A DNA stretch of 29,844 bases from a virus (IMGVR_UViG_3300010148_000073:1-29844); one strand, 5' to 3'; counted from the first letter of the stretch, positions 8,055 through 15,473 are shown. Notes: a model not told the origin generated them from the sequence alone. Program-made: numbers and translations.

Positions 8055-9121
8055 ACATCATAGAATTTGACTTCCCCCGAGAGGCTGGCCTGTTCAGGAA
8101 GGTAGTGCATACTCCGAAGGAGTTGGAAACCTACTGGTCCTCATTACGCAACAGTCAGTGTGCCTACACGAGCGTGTATGGGTTCAGGGCAGTGAAGCCC
8201 AGTGGAAAGAGGGGGGAGTACAACACTGCCATCGTCCGACACTTCGTGTTGGACTTCGACAGGAAAGCGAGAAAGGCAGGTCTGGTAATCGACGTGTCTG
8301 GTGACGAGGTTCTCAGTCAAGTAAGGAGAGCACATCAGATGCTCATGGACAAAGACGTGCATCACGCCGTATGGTTCAGCGGTAATGGCTTCCACATCTG
8401 GATTAAACTCTCCAAGACCCATCGCCCTTCCACAGGCAGCGAGGTCTCACTCATCAAAGCAGCAGGCAGGAAGGTCATCAACGGTTGGAAGGACGCCTTG
8501 GACTTGACCTGCATGGACCCCACGGTGCCCTTCGACATGGCCAGACTCATACGCATACCTAACTCCTACAACGCCAAGCAGCACGTTGGACGTTGGAGCA
8601 TACCACTGAAGAGCGAAGAACTCCTCGAGTGGTCTTGGGATGACATCTGCGAACGAGCAGAGCGTCATCGACGAGGGCAGTACATGTACGGCATCAACGG
8701 GGTGGACTTACCCATCGAGCAAGTCAAGAACACACGCTTCACCTCATCCGGTCCAGCGCTGGAATTCGACACAGTAGAGATGAACGGCATCAAGATACTA
8801 CCGTGTCTGGTAGAGGCTGCATGTCAAGTGGGGAGCAACCCCCCACACGATGCACGCAAGTCACTGGTGATTTACCTAGCGTCCAGACTCAGGAACTTCC
8901 TGCCGGTCGAGAGGACCACACCAGAGGCTCGCAATGAGCACGCTGAATTGATATCTCAATATCTTCACACGTTGCAGTGGGCAGATTACGATGAGGGAGT
9001 GACACGATACCACGTGTCCACCATAGTCAATGGGGGATACCACCAGCACTGTGCATCTCTGGAGTCCGGTGGTCTCTGTCTAGGCAGGTGCCAGTTGTGG
9101 GATGGGACGGGGTCACTATGA
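8051..9121 (+). CDS. Archaeo-eukaryotic primase, PriS catalytic domain fused to PriL-like Fe-S domain
   Basis: VLDFD (motif I), FSGNGFHIW (motif II), DMARLIRIPNSYN (motif III). C-terminal LPCL...HDAR...DYDEGVTRYHV...HC...GLCLGRC supplies four Cys. Confidence 0.92.
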   Translation: MNIIEFDFPREAGLFRKVVHTPKELETYWSSLRNSQCAYTSVYGFRAVKPSGKRGEYNTAIVRHFVLDFDRKARKAGLVIDVSGDEVLSQVRRAHQMLMDKDVHHAVWFSGNGFHIWIKLSKTHRPSTGSEVSLIKAAGRKVINGWKDALDLTCMDPTVPFDMARLIRIPNSYNAKQHVGRWSIPLKSEELLEWSWDDICERAERHRRGQYMYGINGVDLPIEQVKNTRFTSSGPALEFDTVEMNGIKILPCLVEAACQVGSNPPHDARKSLVIYLASRLRNFLPVERTTPEARNEHAELISQYLHTLQWADYDEGVTRYHVSTIVNGGYHQHCASLESGGLCLGRCQLWDGTGSL

Positions 9122-9813
9122 AGCCCCTGATAATCGACAGCAACGAGAGAGGGGCCTTGCCTGATTCGATAGTTCGCAAGGCCATGGAAAAGAAACCACC
9201 TGTGCCAACCAAGAGAGAGCATCTCATCGTAGGTGATTACCTGTGTGGACAATGGCACATAGAAGCGAAGACCATCAGCGACTTCCTAGAGTCCCTTCGG
9301 TCTGGGCACATCATGAGGCAATTGGATAACCTCGATGCGAACGTGCCGCAATTCGGCATCCTAGTGTGGGGCGATGTGGGTGCATACGTCAAGCAGGTGA
9401 AAGCACGTGGTGGCACCACCAATTACAGCGCAGCGGTCAAGCAAGTATCAGGGGGGCTGGCACGTATAGCAGCCGACTTTGGTTGTTTGACCTACCGAGC
9501 CCCTGACCTCATGGAAGCATCGTACTTCATGGTAGGCTTGCATCAAAAGACCTACAAGAGCGCGAGCAGGCATGGTGCTCAAGCGATTAAGAGAGTATCT
9601 AGCAACGATGTGAGGGTCGACATGCTCCGTACCATCCCCGGTGTGGGTGACGAGATGGTTGACAATATCATCTCGGAGTGCGGGAGTCTTGAAGAGGCAG
9701 CCTGCGGCGAGTGTCTCAAGGGAGTGAAGCGGATGGGTAAGGTGCTCAGGAATAGAGTCATCGAGGCTCTCACAAGCGAGGACCCAGTGCGAATCGAGCG
9801 CCGTTCTTCTTGA
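9118..9813 (+). CDS. ERCC4/XPF-family structure-specific nuclease with HhH domain
   Basis: IIDSNE, GDY, IEAKTISDFLESLRSG, TIPGVG (HhH). ATG 9118 overlaps the primase stop (ATGA). Confidence 0.9.
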   Translation: MKPLIIDSNERGALPDSIVRKAMEKKPPVPTKREHLIVGDYLCGQWHIEAKTISDFLESLRSGHIMRQLDNLDANVPQFGILVWGDVGAYVKQVKARGGTTNYSAAVKQVSGGLARIAADFGCLTYRAPDLMEASYFMVGLHQKTYKSASRHGAQAIKRVSSNDVRVDMLRTIPGVGDEMVDNIISECGSLEEAACGECLKGVKRMGKVLRNRVIEALTSEDPVRIERRSS

Positions 9814-9835
9814 GATTCTTACGTTATTCTTTTCC
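9814..9835 (+). terminator. Possible oligo-T archaeal terminator
   Basis: T-rich run TTCTTACGTTATTCTTTT just after the ERCC4 stop, in the only sizeable gap of the block. Confidence 0.35.
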
Positions 9836-9848
9836 GATAGCATAGATT

Positions 9849-9877
9849 TGTTTATAGACTGGTCAATGTACGAGGTG
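9849..9877 (+). promoter_or_regulatory. TATA-box-like element TGTTTATAG plus GAGGTG Shine-Dalgarno
   Basis: TTTATA at 9851-9856, SD at 9872-9877, ATG at 9880. The 9-mer is identical to that at 3-11. Confidence 0.55.
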
Positions 9878-9879
9878 GT

Positions 9880-11337
9880 ATGGCAAGAACTTGGGAAGAT
9901 TATACCGCCGTACAGAAGTACCCCATACTGAGACATTACGTAGAGAGATACAGGAAGACATCGTTCTTCAATGAGACACCAGCAATCCTGTCCTTCTTCT
10001 TTCTACAAGGACAAGCAGTCGCTGACTACATACGAATACCAGTCTGGGCTAGTTACCTAGACCCTAGGTTCCACGTGTTCTGGATTCAACCCACTCGTTC
10101 TGGTAAGTCGATAGCATGGGAATTCATTGGTGAGATTGCTAGGCACGCAGGCATTGATGCTGACATCTTCACCTCTGGGACTGACGCTGGTCTGATTGGT
10201 TCGTTCAAAACTCACAAGGATGAGGATGGGAACTACTACACAGAAGAGGTGCCCGGCTTGCTGAATGGGAACAAACTACTCAACTTCGATGAGGGTAGCA
10301 TCTTGCTACAGCCTAGCCCGAAGCAGTTCTTCCAAGAGGTCATACTCTATCTACAACAAGCCATGAACCCCATCGGTAGCCACAGCAACACACTCACCAA
10401 GCACATGAAGGACGGAAAGATTGAGACTGAGTCTCGTGTGTCCTTCTGGATTACCACTTTCCCTCCTGCAGGCGTGAAGGAGTACGTGCTGACAAAGGGA
10501 TTGTTCCAGAGAGTGCTATTGTACTACGCTCCTTGGGACAATAACATGAGAATGCAGGTCTCCAAGCGCAGGATGAGCGGTGTATGGTCAGACCAGATGG
10601 ACGAGGTGATGTCCACAGAGGACATCGCAGAGCATTTCGTTGACGTGCAGAGCCTCGTCATGGAGCATCTAGTGGCCTGCTCTGACATCAACATGAAGAT
10701 GTGGCACGACCTAGACCCGAACGTCAAGGAAGAGCGTGCAGAGAGGGAGAGAATAGTCAGGGACGCTGCCCTTTCTATGTTCGAGAAGAGCAAGGACTTC
10801 GACCCAGCAGTGGAGTTGGCTGTCGATGAGTTCTATCATCTGGTGACTGGCATGGATGCCAAACTCAGTGATGTGGTGCTGTCCTTCATGCCGAACATCG
10901 AGAACTATCTCAATATCCTAGCCACGCATCTGCTCTTAGTAGAAATGAATGAGAAGCGGGCATCAGGAATGTATGACCCTGCAGTCAAGTGGGTGGTCAC
11001 GGGTGACCACATCGACATGGCCATGGAGATACTCTACGACGTCTACGAGCGTCTCATCATATGGCTGGAGAGTGACTTGGAACTGGGTGCTACAAAGGCA
11101 GCCAAACTAGCGAAGACGGAAGCATGGAAGCAAGCCATGGCAGCGTGCGCTTCGGTCGACCTAGGTGACCACCGTGGTGACGGATGGTACTTGAAGAAGG
11201 ACATCATCAAAGCCTACGGTCGTCTGGCTGACCGCAGTCAGCCTGTGGTCTACAAACACTACAACGATATAAGAGCCTCCTTTAAGGAAACGAAGATGGG
11301 CGGCGTGCCTTACATTAGATGGAGCGAAAAAGAATGA
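9880..11337 (+). CDS. MCM-like AAA+ helicase lacking the usual N-terminal domain
   Basis: HVFWIQPTRSGKS (Walker A variant), SGTDAGLIGS (MCM-like), PGLL..LLNFDEG (Walker B), LQQAM, GLFQRV (arginine finger). Confidence 0.75.
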   Translation: MARTWEDYTAVQKYPILRHYVERYRKTSFFNETPAILSFFFLQGQAVADYIRIPVWASYLDPRFHVFWIQPTRSGKSIAWEFIGEIARHAGIDADIFTSGTDAGLIGSFKTHKDEDGNYYTEEVPGLLNGNKLLNFDEGSILLQPSPKQFFQEVILYLQQAMNPIGSHSNTLTKHMKDGKIETESRVSFWITTFPPAGVKEYVLTKGLFQRVLLYYAPWDNNMRMQVSKRRMSGVWSDQMDEVMSTEDIAEHFVDVQSLVMEHLVACSDINMKMWHDLDPNVKEERAERERIVRDAALSMFEKSKDFDPAVELAVDEFYHLVTGMDAKLSDVVLSFMPNIENYLNILATHLLLVEMNEKRASGMYDPAVKWVVTGDHIDMAMEILYDVYERLIIWLESDLELGATKAAKLAKTEAWKQAMAACASVDLGDHRGDGWYLKKDIIKAYGRLADRSQPVVYKHYNDIRASFKETKMGGVPYIRWSEKE

Positions 11338-11930
11338 CAAGTATAATGGCGTTAGATATCGAAACTGGAAACTACTCTTGGGAGATAGGAGGGTGGGCCA
11401 ACACCCACCTCTTCGAGCCTACAGTAGTTTGCACATGGGATGGGAAAGAAGGACACGTCTTCTCCAAGGAAGACATTGATGTCAATGACAGCACATGCCA
11501 CACTCTCAACGCCAAGACCCTAGGAGAACATCTGGAAAAGCACATTGACTCTGGCGGGAAGATAGTGGGGCACAACCTCATGGGGTTCGACCTACCCGTA
11601 TTGAGAGACGCTCTCGATTGCTTCTATGCAGGTCACCTAATGAGGAATAATGAACTGGTAGTAGACACGTCTGCGCTTCTGCGCTCTGCCACCTCATACG
11701 CGCATCATCTCGATGATGTATGCAAACACACACTCGGTGTGGGTAAGACGCAGAAGTCAGAAGATGCCCCTAAAATGTGGAGAGAGGGCAAACACATAGA
11801 GGTTGCAGAGTACTGCCTGAAAGACTGCCAGTTGGTCTACGACATGTGGATGCACGGACAGCAGGAAGGCTTCGTCAAGAACAGGAACCCTGAGACCGGA
11901 GTGATAGATGACATAGAGGTGATATGGTGA
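11334..11930 (+). CDS. DEDDy 3'-5' exonuclease (RNase H-like, YprB type)
   Basis: ALDIET, IVGHNLMGFDLPVL, LDDV, EYCLKD. ATG 11334 overlaps the helicase stop. Confidence 0.88.
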   Translation: MTSIMALDIETGNYSWEIGGWANTHLFEPTVVCTWDGKEGHVFSKEDIDVNDSTCHTLNAKTLGEHLEKHIDSGGKIVGHNLMGFDLPVLRDALDCFYAGHLMRNNELVVDTSALLRSATSYAHHLDDVCKHTLGVGKTQKSEDAPKMWREGKHIEVAEYCLKDCQLVYDMWMHGQQEGFVKNRNPETGVIDDIEVIW

Positions 11931-12052
11931 ACCTACTAGAAGACGCTCCTGCAGGTTTCTTTCAGACTTTCTACATCACCATGTGTGAGTACCTCAATGT
12001 CGACCCCGACGCACTATTCATCCAATTAATGGAGGAAGCAAACAATGAGTGA
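11924..12052 (+). CDS. 42-aa acidic microprotein (not in ORF track)
   Basis: MVNLLEDAPAGFFQTFYITMCEYLNVDPDALFIQLMEEANNE*. GAGGTGA SD at 11916-11922. Overlaps both flanking genes; the start could be GTG 11927. Confidence 0.65.
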   Translation: MVNLLEDAPAGFFQTFYITMCEYLNVDPDALFIQLMEEANNE

Positions 12053-13568
12053 GCAAGAAAAGCAAAGCGGAAGAGAAGCACAAATGAGCAACATAAAGGC
12101 AGCCATGAACGTGGCTGAGACCGTAAGGTCTACCCTAGGTCCAGCAGGTATGGACAAGTTGCTGACGAACGGCAGCCACCACACTGTGACTAATGACGGT
12201 GTCACTGTCCTGAGAGAACTGGACATCGCACACCCCGGTGCACAGATGATGGTGGAAGCAAGCAAGACGCAAGAGGCAGTGTGCAAAGACGGCACTACCA
12301 GCGTCGTTGTGACAGCAGGCCAGATGCTGGCTCTCAGCCAAGGCCTATTGATGAGAGGCATACACCCACGTGTGCTCATCAGGTCCTTCCAAGAGGGTAA
12401 GAACCTAGCACTAGAGCACCTCGAATCTCAGGACATCGAGATTCTGGACGCAGCCAAGACCGCACTACGAGGTAAGGCTGCAGAGAGCGACTTGGATTAC
12501 GCTGCTGAGTTGTGCTTGAAGGCGTGCGAGAAGGCCGCAGGCAATCTGGACCACATCACTGTCATCACACAAGCAGGTGGTGCACTGTCAGACTCCTACG
12601 TCCAAGACGGGCTTGTCATCAACAAGGAGTTCGCCAATGAGGTAGAGAACAAGTCAGTGGAAGGCAACATCAACATCCTACTACTCAACGGAGGACTAGA
12701 GGGGTACGACATCAAGGAAGTGCAGATGCAAGTCGAGAACATGCAGCAGTTGCACGAGTTGAAGCAACAGGAACTAAACATGCTGAGCGAGGTCGCTTCC
12801 ATGGTGGCCGGTGCAGTAGGGCCAGACGGTGTTGTCTTCGTGAGGGACAGCGTGCATGAGGCAGTAGCACACTACCTCTCCCAGCACGGCATCCCGCTAG
12901 TCACACGTTTGCAGCAAAGCGATATGGAAGGCTTGTCCAGATTGTTGGACGTGCCCATCTACCACAGAGTGACTGATGTTGATGAGCCCATCATGGCAAC
13001 AGACGCATCTGTCAAGCAAGAGAGGATAGGTGACTTGGATTTCATCACTGTATCAGGTAGTGGTGAGGCTACGTGCCTAGTAGTCAGAGGTGCCACCAGA
13101 CAGACCATAGAGGAATACGAGAGAGCATTCGACGATGCCATTGGCGTCACCTGTCTGGCCATGAGTGACGGAGGCAAGGGTTTCCCCGGTGGCGGGGCCT
13201 CTTTCTCAGCAGCATCCATGACTGTGAGAGAGCATGCAGCCACAAGGCCCAACATGACAGCGAGAGAGAGGATGTGTCTCGAGGCATACGCAGACGCTCT
13301 GGAGATTATACCAGCAGCGATAGCGAACAACGCAGGCATGGACCCACTAGACGTGGTCATGGAACTTAGGTCGGCTGAGGACGGTGTCGGCCTGTACATA
13401 GACGATAGAGGGGTCGGTGAGATATGCAACACACTAGAGAAAGGAGTGGTGGAGCCAGAGTCTCTGGTGAAGCAAGTCATCAGCAGTGCGACTGAAGTAG
13501 CCACTGCCATCTTGAGGATAGACGACATCATGGCAATGAGGGAAGACAATGGAAACCTTGTTGGCTAA
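12045..13568 (+). CDS. Group II chaperonin (thermosome subunit)
   Basis: STLGPAGMDKLL, VTNDGVTVL, DGTTS, RGAT...EEYERAFDDA, PGGGA, LEIIPAAIANNAGMD, GVVEP, AILRIDD. Helical-protrusion-like segment present. GGAGG SD. Confidence 0.97.
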   Translation: MSEQEKQSGREAQMSNIKAAMNVAETVRSTLGPAGMDKLLTNGSHHTVTNDGVTVLRELDIAHPGAQMMVEASKTQEAVCKDGTTSVVVTAGQMLALSQGLLMRGIHPRVLIRSFQEGKNLALEHLESQDIEILDAAKTALRGKAAESDLDYAAELCLKACEKAAGNLDHITVITQAGGALSDSYVQDGLVINKEFANEVENKSVEGNINILLLNGGLEGYDIKEVQMQVENMQQLHELKQQELNMLSEVASMVAGAVGPDGVVFVRDSVHEAVAHYLSQHGIPLVTRLQQSDMEGLSRLLDVPIYHRVTDVDEPIMATDASVKQERIGDLDFITVSGSGEATCLVVRGATRQTIEEYERAFDDAIGVTCLAMSDGGKGFPGGGASFSAASMTVREHAATRPNMTARERMCLEAYADALEIIPAAIANNAGMDPLDVVMELRSAEDGVGLYIDDRGVGEICNTLEKGVVEPESLVKQVISSATEVATAILRIDDIMAMREDNGNLVG

Positions 13569-13695
13569 TCTCTGCTTCGGTTGCTGGGCACTTGTGGGTC
13601 TAGTATTGTTCTATACTGCTCTCGATAGAGCAGTCTTCTCTTTATTAAATACTCGGACATTTATTAAGAGAGACAATAAAACCGAGGAAGAGTAA
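13549..13695 (+). CDS. 48-aa single-pass membrane microprotein (not in ORF track)
   Basis: METLLANLCFGCWALVGLVLFYTALDRAVFSLLNTRTFIKRDNKTEEE*. Hydrophobic N-half, GAGGGA SD, overlaps the chaperonin end. Confidence 0.6.
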   Translation: METLLANLCFGCWALVGLVLFYTALDRAVFSLLNTRTFIKRDNKTEEE

Positions 13696-13704
13696 TAAGT
13701 CTGG

Positions 13705-13867
13705 TTGTCTTGGGAAAGACAAGAGCGGGCGCGGCATCGTGAGGGAGGAACAAAGTCTTCATTTTCTTTGCTTCTGTGGTTCTACAGCACTCTTCTTCCC
13801 CTCCTCCCTCACAGCCCATATCAAAACAAACTAGGAGCGGAAGCGAGACCAAGCCCATAGGCCTTGG
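13705..13867. other. Cluster of stem-loops at the convergence point (structured RNA or terminator region)
   Basis: TTGTCTT-GGGA-AAGACAA hairpin (13705-13722). An 11-bp inverted repeat GTGAGGGAGGA/TCCTCCCTCAC (13739-13749/13802-13812) encloses two small hairpins. CCAAG/CTTGG stem at 13849-13867. Confidence 0.4.
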
Positions 13868-13883
13868 AAGATAGATAGCAACA

Positions 13884-14057
13884 TCAGTCACCTTGAATGT
13901 GCGCTTTCATAGCCAACACATCCCGGTAACCTGCGACGAAGAGAATGGAAATTATGACACCGCCCAGCAAAGGCATGACAGCAGGCAGGGTATCATTGAA
14001 AGAGATGTCATAAGCCGCTACTTCTCTGGCTATTTCATTGGGTCTGATGTCCAACAT
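13884..14057 (-). CDS. Small single-pass membrane protein (57 aa)
   Basis: MLDIRPNE...AVMPLLGGVIISILFVAGY hydrophobic segment. ATG 14057 follows the upstream stop by 1 nt. Confidence 0.6.
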   Translation of the reverse strand: MLDIRPNEIAREVAAYDISFNDTLPAVMPLLGGVIISILFVAGYRDVLAMKAHIQGD

Positions 14058-14058
14058 A

Positions 14059-14352
14059 TCAATACCCCATTTCAAACTTGGATGGACCCTTCATGTTCCT
14101 GACGCTCTGCACTGCAAAGCGAATCTTCTGAGTGCTATGGAGGTTCCAGAACTCTCCTTCCTTGAGGCCGAACTCCTTCTCGACTCGTTGGCACAATTCG
14201 TAACGAGAGCACTTCTGTAAGTCATCGTCTATCTTGAGACCCAAGACTGCCGACACCTCTTCGTCAGTGTATTTGACACGCCTGTCCAGCCACACGTAAG
14301 CATAGCCCATGACCATCATCAACTTACGTGCAGACCAGTGAAATAAGCCCAT
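14059..14352 (-). CDS. Hypothetical protein (about 97 aa) with amphipathic N-terminus
   Basis: GGAGG SD upstream of MGLFHWSARK. Protein-like composition and co-oriented with the virion block. Confidence 0.7.
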   Translation of the reverse strand: MGLFHWSARKLMMVMGYAYVWLDRRVKYTDEEVSAVLGLKIDDDLQKCSRYELCQRVEKEFGLKEGEFWNLHSTQKIRFAVQSVRNMKGPSKFEMGY

Positions 14353-14476
14353 GTTCATCCCTCCGTCTGTGCCATCCAGTAGTCCCAATCCCAATCAGGA
14401 TGGGCGGCTCTCAACTTGACTAGACTATCACTCCTATCTTTCTCAGAAGCCATGTCATGAACCGCCCGTACTGCAT

Positions 14477-14505
14477 TGGTGTAGAAACTACACCGTTTCT
14501 ATTTT
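14477..14505 (+). terminator. Hairpin followed by T-rich tract
   Basis: GGTGTAG-AAA-CTACACC (14478-14494) followed by GTTTCTATTTT on the + strand. Confidence 0.35.
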
Positions 14506-14580
14506 ACAGTTTCGGACTAGCGAGCCAGTATGTGTTGTTATCGTTACCCTCTGGAATGAGCGAGTTGTTGTCGGACATCA

Positions 14581-14775
14581 TCAGCATCCCATCTTACACA
14601 TTCCCTTATCGAGTTGCTTGCCACACTTCGGGCAAGCACGTTGGGCTTTCCTGACACCACACATACCACCCTTGCCGACATCGGCAGTCTTGGTTGGCTT
14701 CTTGGGATTCTTACCTCCCATTGGCTTCAATGCGATAACGATAGCGACTTTGCCTTTCTTATTCTTCTTCGCCAT
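14581..14775 (-). CDS. Small basic Cys-rich protein (putative Zn-binding, nucleic-acid binding)
   Basis: MAKKNKKGK...CPKCGKQLDKGMCKMGC. Overlaps the upstream gene; GGAG/GGTG SD. Confidence 0.65.
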   Translation of the reverse strand: MAKKNKKGKVAIVIALKPMGGKNPKKPTKTADVGKGGMCGVRKAQRACPKCGKQLDKGMCKMGC

Positions 14776-15088
14776 CAGCACCGCTCCATGGTAACCCCTT
14801 AAGAGTCGTCGGGTTTAATTTTTTCTCGAGACCAGCCCGGCACTTGTCTTCTAATGACTCAACATCAATAGTATCAGTTAGCCACGTCATGACTTGCTCT
14901 TCAGTCACGTTTGCATAGTCTATGAACCCACTAAGGTCTGTCATATCCAGAGGACTGCACCCGCTAACTCGGTGGCTGTGCCCGTCTTGGTTTGCGATGC
15001 ACTCCCAATGTAAGAAGTAAATTACATCCTCCTTGTCTTCGTAACTTGCATGTCTATCCATTTCATACACTCTCCAACTTATCTCCAT
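14759..15088 (-). CDS. Tail-fibre-associated conserved phage protein (DUF7936-like)
   Basis: W.V..M...DVI..LHW...FIDYANVTEEQVMTWL...NPTT.KGLPW pattern, typical of small proteins next to marine phage tail fibres. GAGGAGG SD. Confidence 0.7.
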   Translation of the reverse strand: MEISWRVYEMDRHASYEDKEDVIYFLHWECIANQDGHSHRVSGCSPLDMTDLSGFIDYANVTEEQVMTWLTDTIDVESLEDKCRAGLEKKLNPTTLKGLPWSGADGEEE

Positions 15089-15089
15089 A

Positions 15090-15254
15090 TTAGCCCCTCC
15101 TCGGCTTCTGCCACAGTGCTCCGCACTCAGGGCATTCCCATATCAGTATTCTGGTGCCTCTCTCGTTGATGTAGCGCCCCTCTATGCGCCTTGCCAGTAT
15201 GGAAGCAGAGCAATCAGGGCACTCCTGACTGAGCCTCTGAATCAATTCACCCAT
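15090..15254 (-). CDS. 54-aa zinc-ribbon microprotein resembling the TFS/TFIIS C-terminal ribbon (not in ORF track)
   Basis: MGELIQRLSQECPDCSASILARRIEGRYINERGTRILIWECPECGALWQKPRRG*. CxxC-x25-CxxC-G-x2-W. Fits the gap with 1-nt spacers on each side. Confidence 0.75.
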   Translation of the reverse strand: MGELIQRLSQECPDCSASILARRIEGRYINERGTRILIWECPECGALWQKPRRG

Positions 15255-15255
15255 G

Positions 15256-15465
15256 TCAATCCATCCATTCTGGCTTGGTAGGCATATTTAGCAATGCTTC
15301 CTCTGGGGTGCTGTGCTCATTCGGTAAGTCAAGCAATGCCTGCCTGTAAATTTGCAATTGTGCTTGCTGAGTGTTGTCTAACAATGAGTATGGTATAGCC
15401 AATTGGTACTTGTCCATATCTGATAGTGCTGTGTCTCTCATTCCTCTTAATTCATCCCAATCCAT
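15256..15465 (-). CDS. Phage tail (fibre) assembly chaperone-like protein
   Basis: WDELRGMRD.AL...D...YRQALLDLP...PTKP pattern. Directly downstream of the tail fibre; AGGTGA SD. Confidence 0.8.
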   Translation of the reverse strand: MDWDELRGMRDTALSDMDKYQLAIPYSLLDNTQQAQLQIYRQALLDLPNEHSTPEEALLNMPTKPEWMD

Positions 15466-15473
15466 AATATCAC

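Noticed and set aside
4158-11337. Inteins or introns in PolB or the helicase
   Set aside because: Lengths are compact, motifs are contiguous, and no intein termini or LAGLIDADG motifs were seen.
125-13549. Many minus-strand ORFs opposite the replication genes (e.g. 9448-9936, 12959-13549)
   Set aside because: Antisense shadows of well-supported genes, without motifs.
13696-13883. Known ribozyme (hammerhead, HDV-like) or SRP/RNase P RNA
   Set aside because: I could not place the conserved core motifs by eye, so it is left as an unassigned structure.
13831-13884. Genome-wide amber recoding suggested by the TAG-interrupted hydrophobic frame
   Set aside because: All large genes are intact under the standard code. 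One short ambiguous frame is not enough, even though the well-supported genes I checked end in TAA or TGA.
13664-13891. Track ORF of 75 aa on the - strand
   Set aside because: It overlaps the + strand membrane ORF tail-to-tail and has no recognisable features. The region is better explained by stem-loops, though the ORF is not fully excluded.
14400-14470. tRNA-like element (GGGCGG...CCGCCC termini)
   Set aside because: No properly placed T-loop, D-arm or anticodon arm.
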